A stretch of DNA of 13,200 nucleotides from a candidate division WOR-3 bacterium (GCA_039801885.1 JBDRVN010000046.1:1-13200); one strand, 5' to 3'; counted from the stretch's first letter, positions 1-6,790 are shown. Program-made: numbers and translations. The notes: generated from the letters alone by a model not told the origin.

Positions 1-401
1 CTGACAATTCTAATTCTTGGTGACATTGGTGGATTGGGATTTACTTGCATCTCTAAATAACAATTACCATCTAAAGGTAATGATGTAATTGGATTAACAC
101 TTCCTAATAAGGTATGAAACAAACCACCCCTTGTCTGAATAGTTTGGGTTTCAGTCCAAAAGGCATTTCCACCCGTTGGTGTTGTAAATAGCCGAAAAGT
201 TATTGAATATGTAGAATCTCTAACAGGATTACCAATAGGGTCAGTAAGTTTTCCTTGATAGTTTAAAAGAAGAGGAATAGAAATCTGGTCGGTCTTAGAA
301 ACATCAGGAACTGCTGAAACCTGCTCATCCTTAGGAAAATTGATGTTTTCTAAACTAAAAATAAAAAAAGGTAATAAAATAATAGAAAAATACCTTTTCA
401 T
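1..401 (-). CDS. Secreted protein, N-terminal part (runs off the window); 'IPxxLNYQGKLTD' type, often annotated as tail-fibre-domain or surface protein
   Basis: My translation from ATG 401: MKRYFSIILLPFFIFSLENINFPKDEQVSAVPDVSKTDQISIPLLLNYQGKLTDPIGNPVRDSTYSITFRLFTTPTGGNAFWTETQTIQTRGGLFHTLLGSVNPITSLPLDGNCYLEMQVNPNPPMSPRIRIV, open to the window edge. It has a signal peptide and an SD (AGGAGG) before the ATG. Not in the ORF track because it is truncated. Confidence 0.85.
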   Translation of the reverse strand, partial: MKRYFSIILLPFFIFSLENINFPKDEQVSAVPDVSKTDQISIPLLLNYQGKLTDPIGNPVRDSTYSITFRLFTTPTGGNAFWTETQTIQTRGGLFHTLLGSVNPITSLPLDGNCYLEMQVNPNPPMSPRIRIV

Positions 402-429
402 CTTTCCCTCCTTTTTATTATAAATAATA

Positions 430-458
430 AATATAACAAAAAAATTCCTTTTTGTCAA
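430..458 (-). promoter_or_regulatory. Sigma70-type promoter for the 401 gene
   Basis: TTGACA (458-453), 17-bp spacer, TATATT (435-430) with extended -10 TGn. Confidence 0.75.
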
Positions 459-530
459 GAGAAATTATTGAAAATAGAATAATTAAAAATTTGCATCTTA
501 TGCAAAAAATTTAAAAGGAAAAATTCTTTC

Positions 531-555
531 TAAGTATTTGATTTTTAAATACTTA
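531..555. promoter_or_regulatory. Palindrome containing an IHF-consensus site
   Basis: TAAGTATTT-N7-AAATACTTA perfect 9-bp arms. Minus strand 543-531 reads AATCAAATACTTA, which matches WATCAANNNNTTR. Confidence 0.45.
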
Positions 556-609
556 TTTTAAATTGGTATTAAAGATAGGGAACGGCTCCCTCCTATCTCT
601 TTTATTCGT

Positions 610-765
610 CTTGATAAGTGTCTTTATCACTCTCTTATTAAATGCCTTGTTTTAAGGCTTAATAAGGGTATTAATATTACCTTTAATAAAGGTATTATCG
701 TTCGTTTTCAATTGTGCTTTATTGTTCGCTTTAATAAGGTTATTAATAATAGACCTAATAAGCAC
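610..765. repeat. Degenerate 12-bp tandem array, 13 units
   Basis: Units: cttgataagtgt, ctttatcactct, cttattaaatgc, cttgttttaagg, cttaataagggt, attaatattacc, tttaataaaggt, attatcgttcgt, tttcaattgtgc, tttattgttcgc, tttaataaggtt, attaataataga, cctaataagcac. Twelve of 13 begin with HTT. Confidence 0.7.
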
Positions 766-964
766 TTTGGTGTAGAGTGGAGATGGTGATGGGCTTGTTA
801 AAAACTTTCTCATTGAATTTTGGTTAATTTTGGTTAATAAAGTATGGTTTTAAAATTCTAATCTATCTATTTGGATTTAGTTGTTTTTTTAATTTTTATC
901 ACCGCTCAGTTATCGGTTGGATGCTAAAAGAAATGGATTAATAAATCAGTTAAATTAGTTATCA

Positions 965-992
965 TTGATAATTTAAATTTTTAGGTTATAAT
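965..992 (+). promoter_or_regulatory. Sigma70-type promoter, probable leaderless transcript
   Basis: TTGATA (965-970), N16, TATAAT (987-992), then 5 nt to ATG 998. No SD. Confidence 0.65.
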
Positions 993-997
993 TTTAT

Positions 998-1393
998 ATG
1001 TTTAGATTATTTAATTATAACAAGGTTTGCGAAATTGAGAAGGTTGAGAACGGCTGGATTGTTAGGATTCGTTATCCGAAGTTGCCACCGGTTCCTTCTA
1101 ACGAGTCTCAAAAACAGCAATTAAAAGTGATGAGTAGAATCCTTGCTTTATTAAGTAGGATTTCTGCCCAAGAACAGGCAAAAGGAATTGATGAAGAATT
1201 GGAACCTTGGAAAGAGGAGAGCGAAGAAGATTTTGAAGAGATGATGAAGGAAATTGACCGGATAATTGAAGCAACTTTTGATAAGGGAAAGATTATCAAA
1301 GAAAGGGAAGAAAGGATAAAAGACGAAGAGACTTATGTTTTTACCAATTTAGATGAAGCCCTAAATTTTGTCCGTTCCTTCCTTTTAGAATAA
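998..1393 (+). CDS. Hypothetical protein (131 aa) with an acidic helical centre; its 3' end is the islet insertion site
   Basis: ORF with its own promoter and plausible composition. N-terminal IEKVENGWIV and C-terminal TYVFTNLDEAL motifs. Last 50 bp are duplicated at 3687-3736. Confidence 0.8.
   Translation: MFRLFNYNKVCEIEKVENGWIVRIRYPKLPPVPSNESQKQQLKVMSRILALLSRISAQEQAKGIDEELEPWKEESEEDFEEMMKEIDRIIEATFDKGKIIKEREERIKDEETYVFTNLDEALNFVRSFLLE
1344..1393 (+). repeat. 50-bp direct repeat, copy 1 (attL-like)
   Basis: ccaatttagatgaagccctaaattttgtccgttccttccttttagaataa, identical to 3687-3736. Confidence 0.95.
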
Positions 1394-1455
1394 TTGGTTC
1401 TTTTTATCATTTATTTATGAATTTAAATAACGTCTTATAAAATTTTGATTATTTT

Positions 1456-2139
1456 TTATCTAAGGCTTCTTTCTTTATTAAAAAGCTGGATGCTCTCATA
1501 AAGATTTTTGAAAGCCGAAGCATTTTGATACTCCCCAATAATTTCAAGCCCGTATCCGATGGTATATATAGATATCCCGCCTATTATTAAGGGAAGCCCA
1601 ATTTTACTTTCTGAATTGGTTAATGCAATAACTATTCCTGAAATTAGAGGAATTACCGCTCCAATTTGAAGATACCCACTAATATTATTTATTAAGCGAA
1701 CCTTTTTCATTGTTAAATCAAATTCATTGAGTTTTTGTAAAGCAGAGGGAACAAGAGAAATTATATTTCGCAAAGTGTCTGTTGATTGATAATAACCTGA
1801 AAAATAATTTGCTTTCAAACCTTTGAAGATTAGACTATCGTCACCGTTTAGTCGAAAAAAAGTAGAATAACGTTTCCTTTCAGGTATTATAACACTGCTT
1901 GGATTAGCAAGGCTAAGAAGGCAAGCCATAGATCTTAGTAAACAAATTTCCGAAGGGTTTGGTGCTTCCCTTATAATTTCTACCTTAGTTTTACCGGGTC
2001 CAGATAGACAACCACCGCCGGTAGTTACATTAACCCAATCAATTCTTTTGATTTCCTCTGGAGATGGTATATTTTTACCAAATATAAAAACAAAACTATT
2101 AACAATAAAAATTACTAAAATAAATAATCTAAATTTCAT
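1456..2139 (-). CDS. Hypothetical membrane protein (227 aa): signal peptide plus two C-terminal Gly-rich TM helices
   Basis: ORF track. N-terminus MKFRLFILVIFIVNSFVFIFG; hydrophobic segments GYLQIGAVIPLISGIVIAL and IGLPLIIGGISIYTIGYGL. Starts 4 nt after the upstream stop. Confidence 0.8.
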   Translation of the reverse strand: MKFRLFILVIFIVNSFVFIFGKNIPSPEEIKRIDWVNVTTGGGCLSGPGKTKVEIIREAPNPSEICLLRSMACLLSLANPSSVIIPERKRYSTFFRLNGDDSLIFKGLKANYFSGYYQSTDTLRNIISLVPSALQKLNEFDLTMKKVRLINNISGYLQIGAVIPLISGIVIALTNSESKIGLPLIIGGISIYTIGYGLEIIGEYQNASAFKNLYESIQLFNKERSLR

Positions 2140-2143
2140 ATTT

Positions 2144-2617
2144 TTACCTACTTGATGTTAAAGCAATATAAGTAACAATTAAAGCAGAAGCAAGTTGGGT
2201 AGCGATAATTGTTAATAATACTTTGTTTTTAGTTTTCCTAAATTCATATTTGTATCCATCATAATAACCATCATTATATTCCTCAGATTTACCTTTGTAT
2301 ACATTAGAACTTGGCATGTCCCAGTACCTATATATTACGAAAGGTATTAAGATAGTAGTAGATAATAATAACGCTGAGCCTTTTAGCAGTTCACCTTCGC
2401 TAATAGCGTAAATGGAAAGAGGAATGATAGTCCCGCTACAACAACCAAGAGTAGATGAAAAACAATATCGGTATTGATAGCGAAATTCATTACGAGCAGC
2501 GATTTGTCCATATTTAAAGCCTTCATTGTATTCGTTTAATTTAGTAGTGTCAAGATTTGCCCACACTTGGGTTACAAGTAAAATTGATATAAAGCTAATG
2601 ATAATGTATTTCACCAT
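2144..2617 (-). CDS. Hypothetical membrane protein with a signal peptide and two EYN(E/D)G(F/Y)xxG motifs
   Basis: The ORF track starts at 2641, but ATG 2617 (MVKYIIISFISILLVTQVWA) follows a strong SD (GGGAGG) and gives a clean signal peptide. About three further hydrophobic segments. Confidence 0.8.
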   Translation of the reverse strand: MVKYIIISFISILLVTQVWANLDTTKLNEYNEGFKYGQIAARNEFRYQYRYCFSSTLGCCSGTIIPLSIYAISEGELLKGSALLLSTTILIPFVIYRYWDMPSSNVYKGKSEEYNDGYYDGYKYEFRKTKNKVLLTIIATQLASALIVTYIALTSSR

Positions 2618-2651
2618 ATTAACCTCCCTTTTAATACTCATATTTTTTAAA

Positions 2652-2679
2652 ATTATAAAAAAAAAAAAATATTTGTCAA
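2652..2679 (-). promoter_or_regulatory. Consensus sigma70 promoter with a homopolymer spacer
   Basis: TTGACA (2679-2674), AATA plus T12, TATAAT (2657-2652). The A13 run lies at 2657-2669 on the + strand. Confidence 0.8.
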
Positions 2680-2759
2680 ATTATAAGGATAATAAATGTA
2701 TTAAAACATGGTTACCAGGTTAATAGGAATATTAAGATAAGGAATACCTTGAAATTATT

Positions 2760-3670
2760 TAATGAGTTTCTCAAAATAAGCGTTTTTAAAGAACTATAAA
2801 ATAAATATAAGAGAAAATATTATAATTACATTAAAAAACTGGATTGGGTAAAGAAAAAGAATTGTTTGCGATCAAAATTAAGTTAAGGAGCAATTGGAAA
2901 TGTATTTAGGTAATATGGAAATAAAAAAAGAAGATTTTTATCCAGTATATTAAATTTACGAAACATAAAGAAACATTTGTTTATGCGCAGTTAATAAATA
3001 AGAAATTTTTGATGAAATTTTTTAAAAAACTAAGTTACACCAGAAATTTTTTACTTTAATTATCTAGATACAATAGACTTTTTGATTAAAGTTTTTTGAG
3101 GTTCAGATTTATTCTTATAGGTACTCTTGAAAACAAGATGATGTCTCTTGTTTTATTACTTGCGACGCGATTAAGATGTTGAAGAGTTAAAAAAAGAAAT
3201 ATTTTAGCAAGAATGATTTTTGCAAACCAAATTATTAAATAAAAATGGTATAAGGTTTTATGCGTGGGTTTAGAGATCCAAAAGAAAAAAAGTATATTAA
3301 GATAGATCAGAGAAATCTCATAAACCAATAATGAAGAAGTTTATATTATTTTGATAAGCAAACTTTTAAAAATTGTTTCAATTTCTTAAAAGAAACATAA
3401 AAATGTAAATATACAATAATACAGAAAAATCATAGTTATGGTATTAATGGTTTTTATTTTCTTAGAAAACCAGAATTGTTTGGTTTAATCCATTTAGACG
3501 AGAATTTTTCTAATTTCTCAGTTATAATTTTAGATTATTATGCTTTTTGGCTATTGCTCTTCTTATAAGTGGTAAGATGCTTTAACCAATTACATAAAAA
3601 AAATAAATATGATTATATAAAATCACTATTTGATAAAGATTATTTAAGATATATAAAATATCTTGAATAA
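2760..3670 (+). pseudogene. Heavily decayed coding remnant of unknown family; left boundary approximate
   Basis: About 1 kb with no credible ORF. Frame 3344-3670 reads YYFDKQTFKNCFNFLKET*KCKYTIIQKNHSYGINGFYFLRKPELFGLIHLDENFSNFSVIILDYYAFWLLLFL*VVRCFNQLHKKNKYDYIKSLFDKDYLRYIKYLE* with only two internal stops. Shorter protein-like fragments lie upstream (EQLEMYLGNMEIKKEDFYPVY, MRGFRDPKEKKYIKIDQRNLINQ). Confidence 0.45.
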
Positions 3671-3686
3671 TATTTAATAATTTCTT

Positions 3687-3736
3687 CCAATTTAGATGAA
3701 GCCCTAAATTTTGTCCGTTCCTTCCTTTTAGAATAA
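3687..3736 (+). repeat. 50-bp direct repeat, copy 2 (attR-like; displaced 3' end of the 998-1393 gene)
   Basis: Identical to 1344-1393. Ends 1 nt before the guaA stop codon (3738-3740). Confidence 0.95.
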
Positions 3737-3737
3737 A

Positions 3738-5276
3738 TTATTCCCATTCCATTGTTGCTGGTGGTTTATTAGTAATATCATAAACAACTCGGTTAATCTC
3801 TTTTATTTCGTTTGTTAATCTCTGAGAAATTTTTTCTAAGATAGAATAAGGGATTTTTGTAAAGTTGGCGGTCATCGCATCTTGTGATTCAACAATTCTT
3901 ATCACAATTGGGTATTTATAACTTCTTTTATCTCCTTGAATACCAACCGATTTTATTGATAACAATACCGGAAAAGCCATCCAAACCTTATGGTAATAAC
4001 CCACCTTTTTTAATTCTTCTTCAATAATTTCTGTTGCTTTTTTGACAATTGCTACTTTTTTGGGAGTTACTTCGCCAATAATTCTTACTGCGAAACCCGG
4101 ACCAGGGAAGACATGCCTTTTGATTATTTCTTTGGGTATTCTTAATATCTTGGCGATATTTCTTACTTCATCTTTGTAGAGATTTCTTAAGGGTTCATAA
4201 ATTTTTAAAAAACTTCTTTTTGGCAATCCACCAACATTATGATGGGACTTTATCTTTGAAGAATATTTTGTTTGGCCACTTTCAATCCTATCGGAATAGA
4301 TAGTTCCCTGAATTAAAATATCGCAATTCATTTTTTTTGCTATCCTTTCAAAAATCTTAATAAATATTTTGCCAATTATTTTTCTTTTTTCTTCCGGATT
4401 TACTATTCCTTTTAGATTTTTGAAAAATTCCTTTTGGGCGTTAATTATTTTTAACTTAAATTTATATTCTCGGGAAAATCTTTTGATTATCTCTTTATCT
4501 TCCTTCCGCATTAAGCCGGTATCAACATAAACAGAAAGAAGATTATTTTTAATCACACTATTTACTAAAATTGCTGCCACGAGCGAATCAATACCACCAG
4601 AAAGAGCAAGAATAGCTTTCTTATTGCCAATTTCATTTTTTATTTCCCTTTTTATTATTTCTATCATTCTTTTTGTTTGCCATTCCTTTTTAACTTGGCA
4701 GATTTTGAATACAAAATTTTTCAATATCTCTTTTCCCTTTTTAGTGTGCGAGACTTCGGGATGGAATTGGACACCAAAGATTTTCTTTTCTAAATTTTGA
4801 TAGGCAGCAATTTTAGAATATTCGGTTTCAGCAATAATTTCAAAATCTTTTGGTAAAGTTTTTACGACATCCCGATGATTCATCCAGACTATCTCTTTTT
4901 TTGCTAAACCTTTAAATAAAGGACTTTTCTTAATAATTCTTAATTCTGTTAAACCATATTCTCCGGCTTTCCCTTTTTCAATCTTACCGCCCAAAAGATA
5001 GGCAATTAACTGATGGCCATAGCAGATGCCTAAAATCGGAATTCCCTTTTTTAAAATTTCTTTATCAACTTTTGGCGAATCCTTTTTATAAACCGAAGAA
5101 GGTCCACCGGATAAGATGATGCCTTTAAAATTATTCTTTGCTATTTTGGAAAAGGATATATTTCCTGGCAAAATTTCGGTATAAACTCCCAGTTCTCTTA
5201 TTCTCCTACTAATCAAATGGGTATATTGTCCGCCAAAATCTAAAATTAATATTTTATCAACAAATATTTTATCCAT
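3738..5276 (-). CDS. guaA: GMP synthase (glutamine-hydrolysing)
   Basis: ILDFGGQYTHLI, GICYGHQL (catalytic Cys), QFHPEV, SGGIDS PP-loop, EEKRKIIG, IKSHHNVGGLP, RVVYDITNKPPATMEWE. ATG 5276 preferred over TTG 5279; it overlaps the upstream stop. Confidence 0.98.
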   Translation of the reverse strand: MDKIFVDKILILDFGGQYTHLISRRIRELGVYTEILPGNISFSKIAKNNFKGIILSGGPSSVYKKDSPKVDKEILKKGIPILGICYGHQLIAYLLGGKIEKGKAGEYGLTELRIIKKSPLFKGLAKKEIVWMNHRDVVKTLPKDFEIIAETEYSKIAAYQNLEKKIFGVQFHPEVSHTKKGKEILKNFVFKICQVKKEWQTKRMIEIIKREIKNEIGNKKAILALSGGIDSLVAAILVNSVIKNNLLSVYVDTGLMRKEDKEIIKRFSREYKFKLKIINAQKEFFKNLKGIVNPEEKRKIIGKIFIKIFERIAKKMNCDILIQGTIYSDRIESGQTKYSSKIKSHHNVGGLPKRSFLKIYEPLRNLYKDEVRNIAKILRIPKEIIKRHVFPGPGFAVRIIGEVTPKKVAIVKKATEIIEEELKKVGYYHKVWMAFPVLLSIKSVGIQGDKRSYKYPIVIRIVESQDAMTANFTKIPYSILEKISQRLTNEIKEINRVVYDITNKPPATMEWE

Positions 5277-6018
5277 CAAAAGCCAAAGCTGCTCCTAAGG
5301 CAGCAACAATTAAAGGTTCTTTAGGAATATTTAATTCTTCACCCAAAAGGATTTCTAATGCCTTTTTTAATCCAAGATTTTTAGCACCGCCACCAGTAAG
5401 GGCAATTTTCTTTTCAATTTTTATTCCTTGTGCCAAACTAACAATTCTTTTGGCAACCGCTAAACAAACACCAAAAAGCACATCGCTGATTTCTTCGCCT
5501 TGGTAAATTTTTGAAAGAACCTCAGATTCGACCATCACTACACATAAATGGGAAATTAGTGAAGGATTTTTGTATTCTAAGACTTTTCTGTTGAATTCTT
5601 CAAAGGTAATTTTTAAGGCTTTTGTAAGGTTAGCAAAAAATCGACCGGTTCCCGAAGCACAGCGGTCATTCATAATAAAATCAATCACTTTCCCTTTGTT
5701 ATCAATTTTAATAATTTTAATATCTTCGCCACCAATATCAATAATTGTTCTTACCTCCGAAGATAAGAAATTTATTCCCTTGGCAATGGCGGTAATTTCC
5801 GTAAGAGAAGCCTGATGTTCAATTAAATTTCTGCCTACACCGGTGGTAATAATTGGGTAATTATTTTTATCTTTTAATTTCTCAATAATTATTTGACTAA
5901 CTTTTTTGGGCTGGAATTCGGTTGGCAAAACTTGGTAATCGATAATTTCTTTTTTCTCTTTATCAAATAAAACGCCTTTTGTGTTTGCCGCACCAATATC
6001 TATGCCGATAACTTTCAT
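5269..6018 (-). CDS. Acyl-CoA dehydratase activase (HgdC/HadI, BadF/BadG/BcrA/BcrD ASKHA ATPase with 4Fe-4S)
   Basis: GIDIGAANTK, TTGVGR, EITAIAKG, DIGGEDIK, MNDRCASGTGRF, HLCVVMVESE, TGGGAKN, AALGAAL. Confidence 0.92.
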   Translation of the reverse strand: MKVIGIDIGAANTKGVLFDKEKKEIIDYQVLPTEFQPKKVSQIIIEKLKDKNNYPIITTGVGRNLIEHQASLTEITAIAKGINFLSSEVRTIIDIGGEDIKIIKIDNKGKVIDFIMNDRCASGTGRFFANLTKALKITFEEFNRKVLEYKNPSLISHLCVVMVESEVLSKIYQGEEISDVLFGVCLAVAKRIVSLAQGIKIEKKIALTGGGAKNLGLKKALEILLGEELNIPKEPLIVAALGAALAFDG

Positions 6019-6650
6019 CTTGCTTCTTTTTGATAAAGGAAATAGGAATAGATAATTAAAAAAAGAGAAAAACTAATGATCGGAATTAAAACAAAGAGAT
6101 AGGAATATCTTAAAAAGAAAAAGCCAAAAAGACTAATAATTCCAGCAAATATAAAAAGTTTACTTCCTAATAAATGGGTTTTCTGCCAGACATAATCACT
6201 ACTTAATGTCCAAGGTGTTCTTATTCCAACAAACCAATTCCTCTGGGCGTATTTCAGTAAGATACCAACATATATAAAAAGGATTCCTAAACCAATCGGG
6301 AAAAATCGGTTAGGATTAATTTTGATATTTATATTCCATAAAAGCATAAAAAGATAAACCGCAATTAAGAAGATAAAAAATATTAAAAAGAAAGTATCAT
6401 AATAATTAATAAATTTTATGATGTTATTTTTTAAGGGGTCAATTTTAGGAATGAGAAGATAAAGAAGAAACATTAAAAGAAGGATAAAAGGAATGAGAAA
6501 GATTCCCCAAAATTTATTGGAATAACCATCTACTTCACCATACTGGTTCCAATGGCTTGCTATTTTTTCTGGCATTTTAGGATAAAAATAACTGCCGATA
6601 AGAAAGGATAAAATTGTGAGAATTAAAATGATAATAGATATTTTCCTCAT
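6015..6650 (-). CDS. SdpI/DUF1648 family membrane (immunity-like) protein
   Basis: PEKIASHWNQYGEVDG (DUF1648), IPKIDP, RNWFVGIRTPWTLSSDYVWQKTH (SdpI), about six TM helices. ATGA overlap with the activase start. Confidence 0.92.
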   Translation of the reverse strand: MRKISIIILILTILSFLIGSYFYPKMPEKIASHWNQYGEVDGYSNKFWGIFLIPFILLLMFLLYLLIPKIDPLKNNIIKFINYYDTFFLIFFIFLIAVYLFMLLWNINIKINPNRFFPIGLGILFIYVGILLKYAQRNWFVGIRTPWTLSSDYVWQKTHLLGSKLFIFAGIISLFGFFFLRYSYLFVLIPIISFSLFLIIYSYFLYQKEAR

Positions 6651-6655
6651 AGAAA

Positions 6656-6683
6656 ATTATAAAGATTTATTTTTATAATTCAA
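6656..6683 (-). promoter_or_regulatory. Promoter of the sdpI-activase-guaA operon (leaderless)
   Basis: TTGAAT (6683-6678), N16, TATAAT (6661-6656), then 5 nt to ATG 6650. Confidence 0.65.
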
Positions 6684-6685
6684 GG

Positions 6686-6713
6686 TTGACTTTTTATTAA
6701 TTTTAGTTATAAT
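6686..6713 (+). promoter_or_regulatory. Promoter of the candidate sRNA
   Basis: TTGACT (6686-6691), N16, TATAAT (6708-6713). Back-to-back with the sdpI -35 box. Confidence 0.75.
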
Positions 6714-6718
6714 TATTT

Positions 6719-6790
6719 ATAATATTCTCATTTCCCCTCCTCCTCTCTATCGCCTCCTTGGGGCAGGGCAGAAAAGCCCTGCCCTTTTGT
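6719..6790 (+). ncRNA. Candidate C/U-rich anti-Shine-Dalgarno small RNA (~70 nt)
   Basis: Lies between a near-consensus promoter and a + strand intrinsic terminator, with no ORF. Body AUAAUAUUCUCAUUUCCCCUCCUCCUCUCUAUCGCCUCCUU contains three CCUCC motifs and a CAU. Confidence 0.6.
6760..6790 (+). terminator. Rho-independent terminator
   Basis: GGGCAGGGC (6761-6769), AGAAAA loop, GCCCTGCCC (6776-6784), then TTTTGT. The U-tract is on the + strand only. Confidence 0.85.

Larger units (their letters stand above)
1344..3736. mobile_element. Small integrated genomic islet bounded by direct repeats; no integrase
   Basis: Flanked by identical 50-bp repeats offset by 2343 bp. The repeat duplicates a gene 3' end. 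Cargo is two hypothetical membrane proteins plus decayed, very AT-rich DNA. Confidence 0.65.

Noticed and set aside
610..765. CRISPR array or replication origin interpretation of the 12-bp array
   Set aside because: No conserved 23-47-bp repeat with unique spacers, no cas genes, no DnaA boxes (TTATCCACA) and no rep gene seen.
816..838. Short tandem repeat AATTTTGGTT x2.3 (and AATTATAATA x2 at 8651-8670)
   Set aside because: Only two copies of low-complexity 10-mers; probably local slippage with no supportable function.
1108..1299. 63-aa minus-strand ORF
   Set aside because: Antisense shadow of the 998-1393 gene; Ser/Ile-rich and has no initiation signals.
1419..1446. dif-like (XerCD) site just inside the islet
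   Set aside because: Minus strand reads TTTTATAA-gacg-TTATTTAAAT: the spacer is too short and the XerD arm imperfect, which is expected by chance in AT-rich DNA.
2526..2723. 65-aa plus-strand ORF
   Set aside because: Overlaps the 2617 gene antisense and runs through its promoter and poly-A tract.
3086..3328. 80-aa minus-strand ORF
   Set aside because: Composition typical of antisense AT-rich DNA, with no RBS or promoter; the + strand fragments look more protein-like.
1344..3736. Diversity-generating retroelement TR/VR pair or integron cassettes
   Set aside because: The two repeats are identical (no adenine-specific mismatches), no reverse transcriptase is present, and only 4 nt separate the cargo genes, leaving no room for an attC.
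6717..6759. Minus-strand mini-ORF MRIL-stop with a strong SD, as a leader peptide for the sdpI-guaA operon
   Set aside because: Promoter and terminator polarity favour a + strand RNA, and sdpI has its own leaderless promoter. Kept only as an alternative explanation.
6651..6790. Purine riboswitch upstream of the guaA operon
   Set aside because: No purine aptamer core or three-stem junction recognisable, and the operon appears leaderless.
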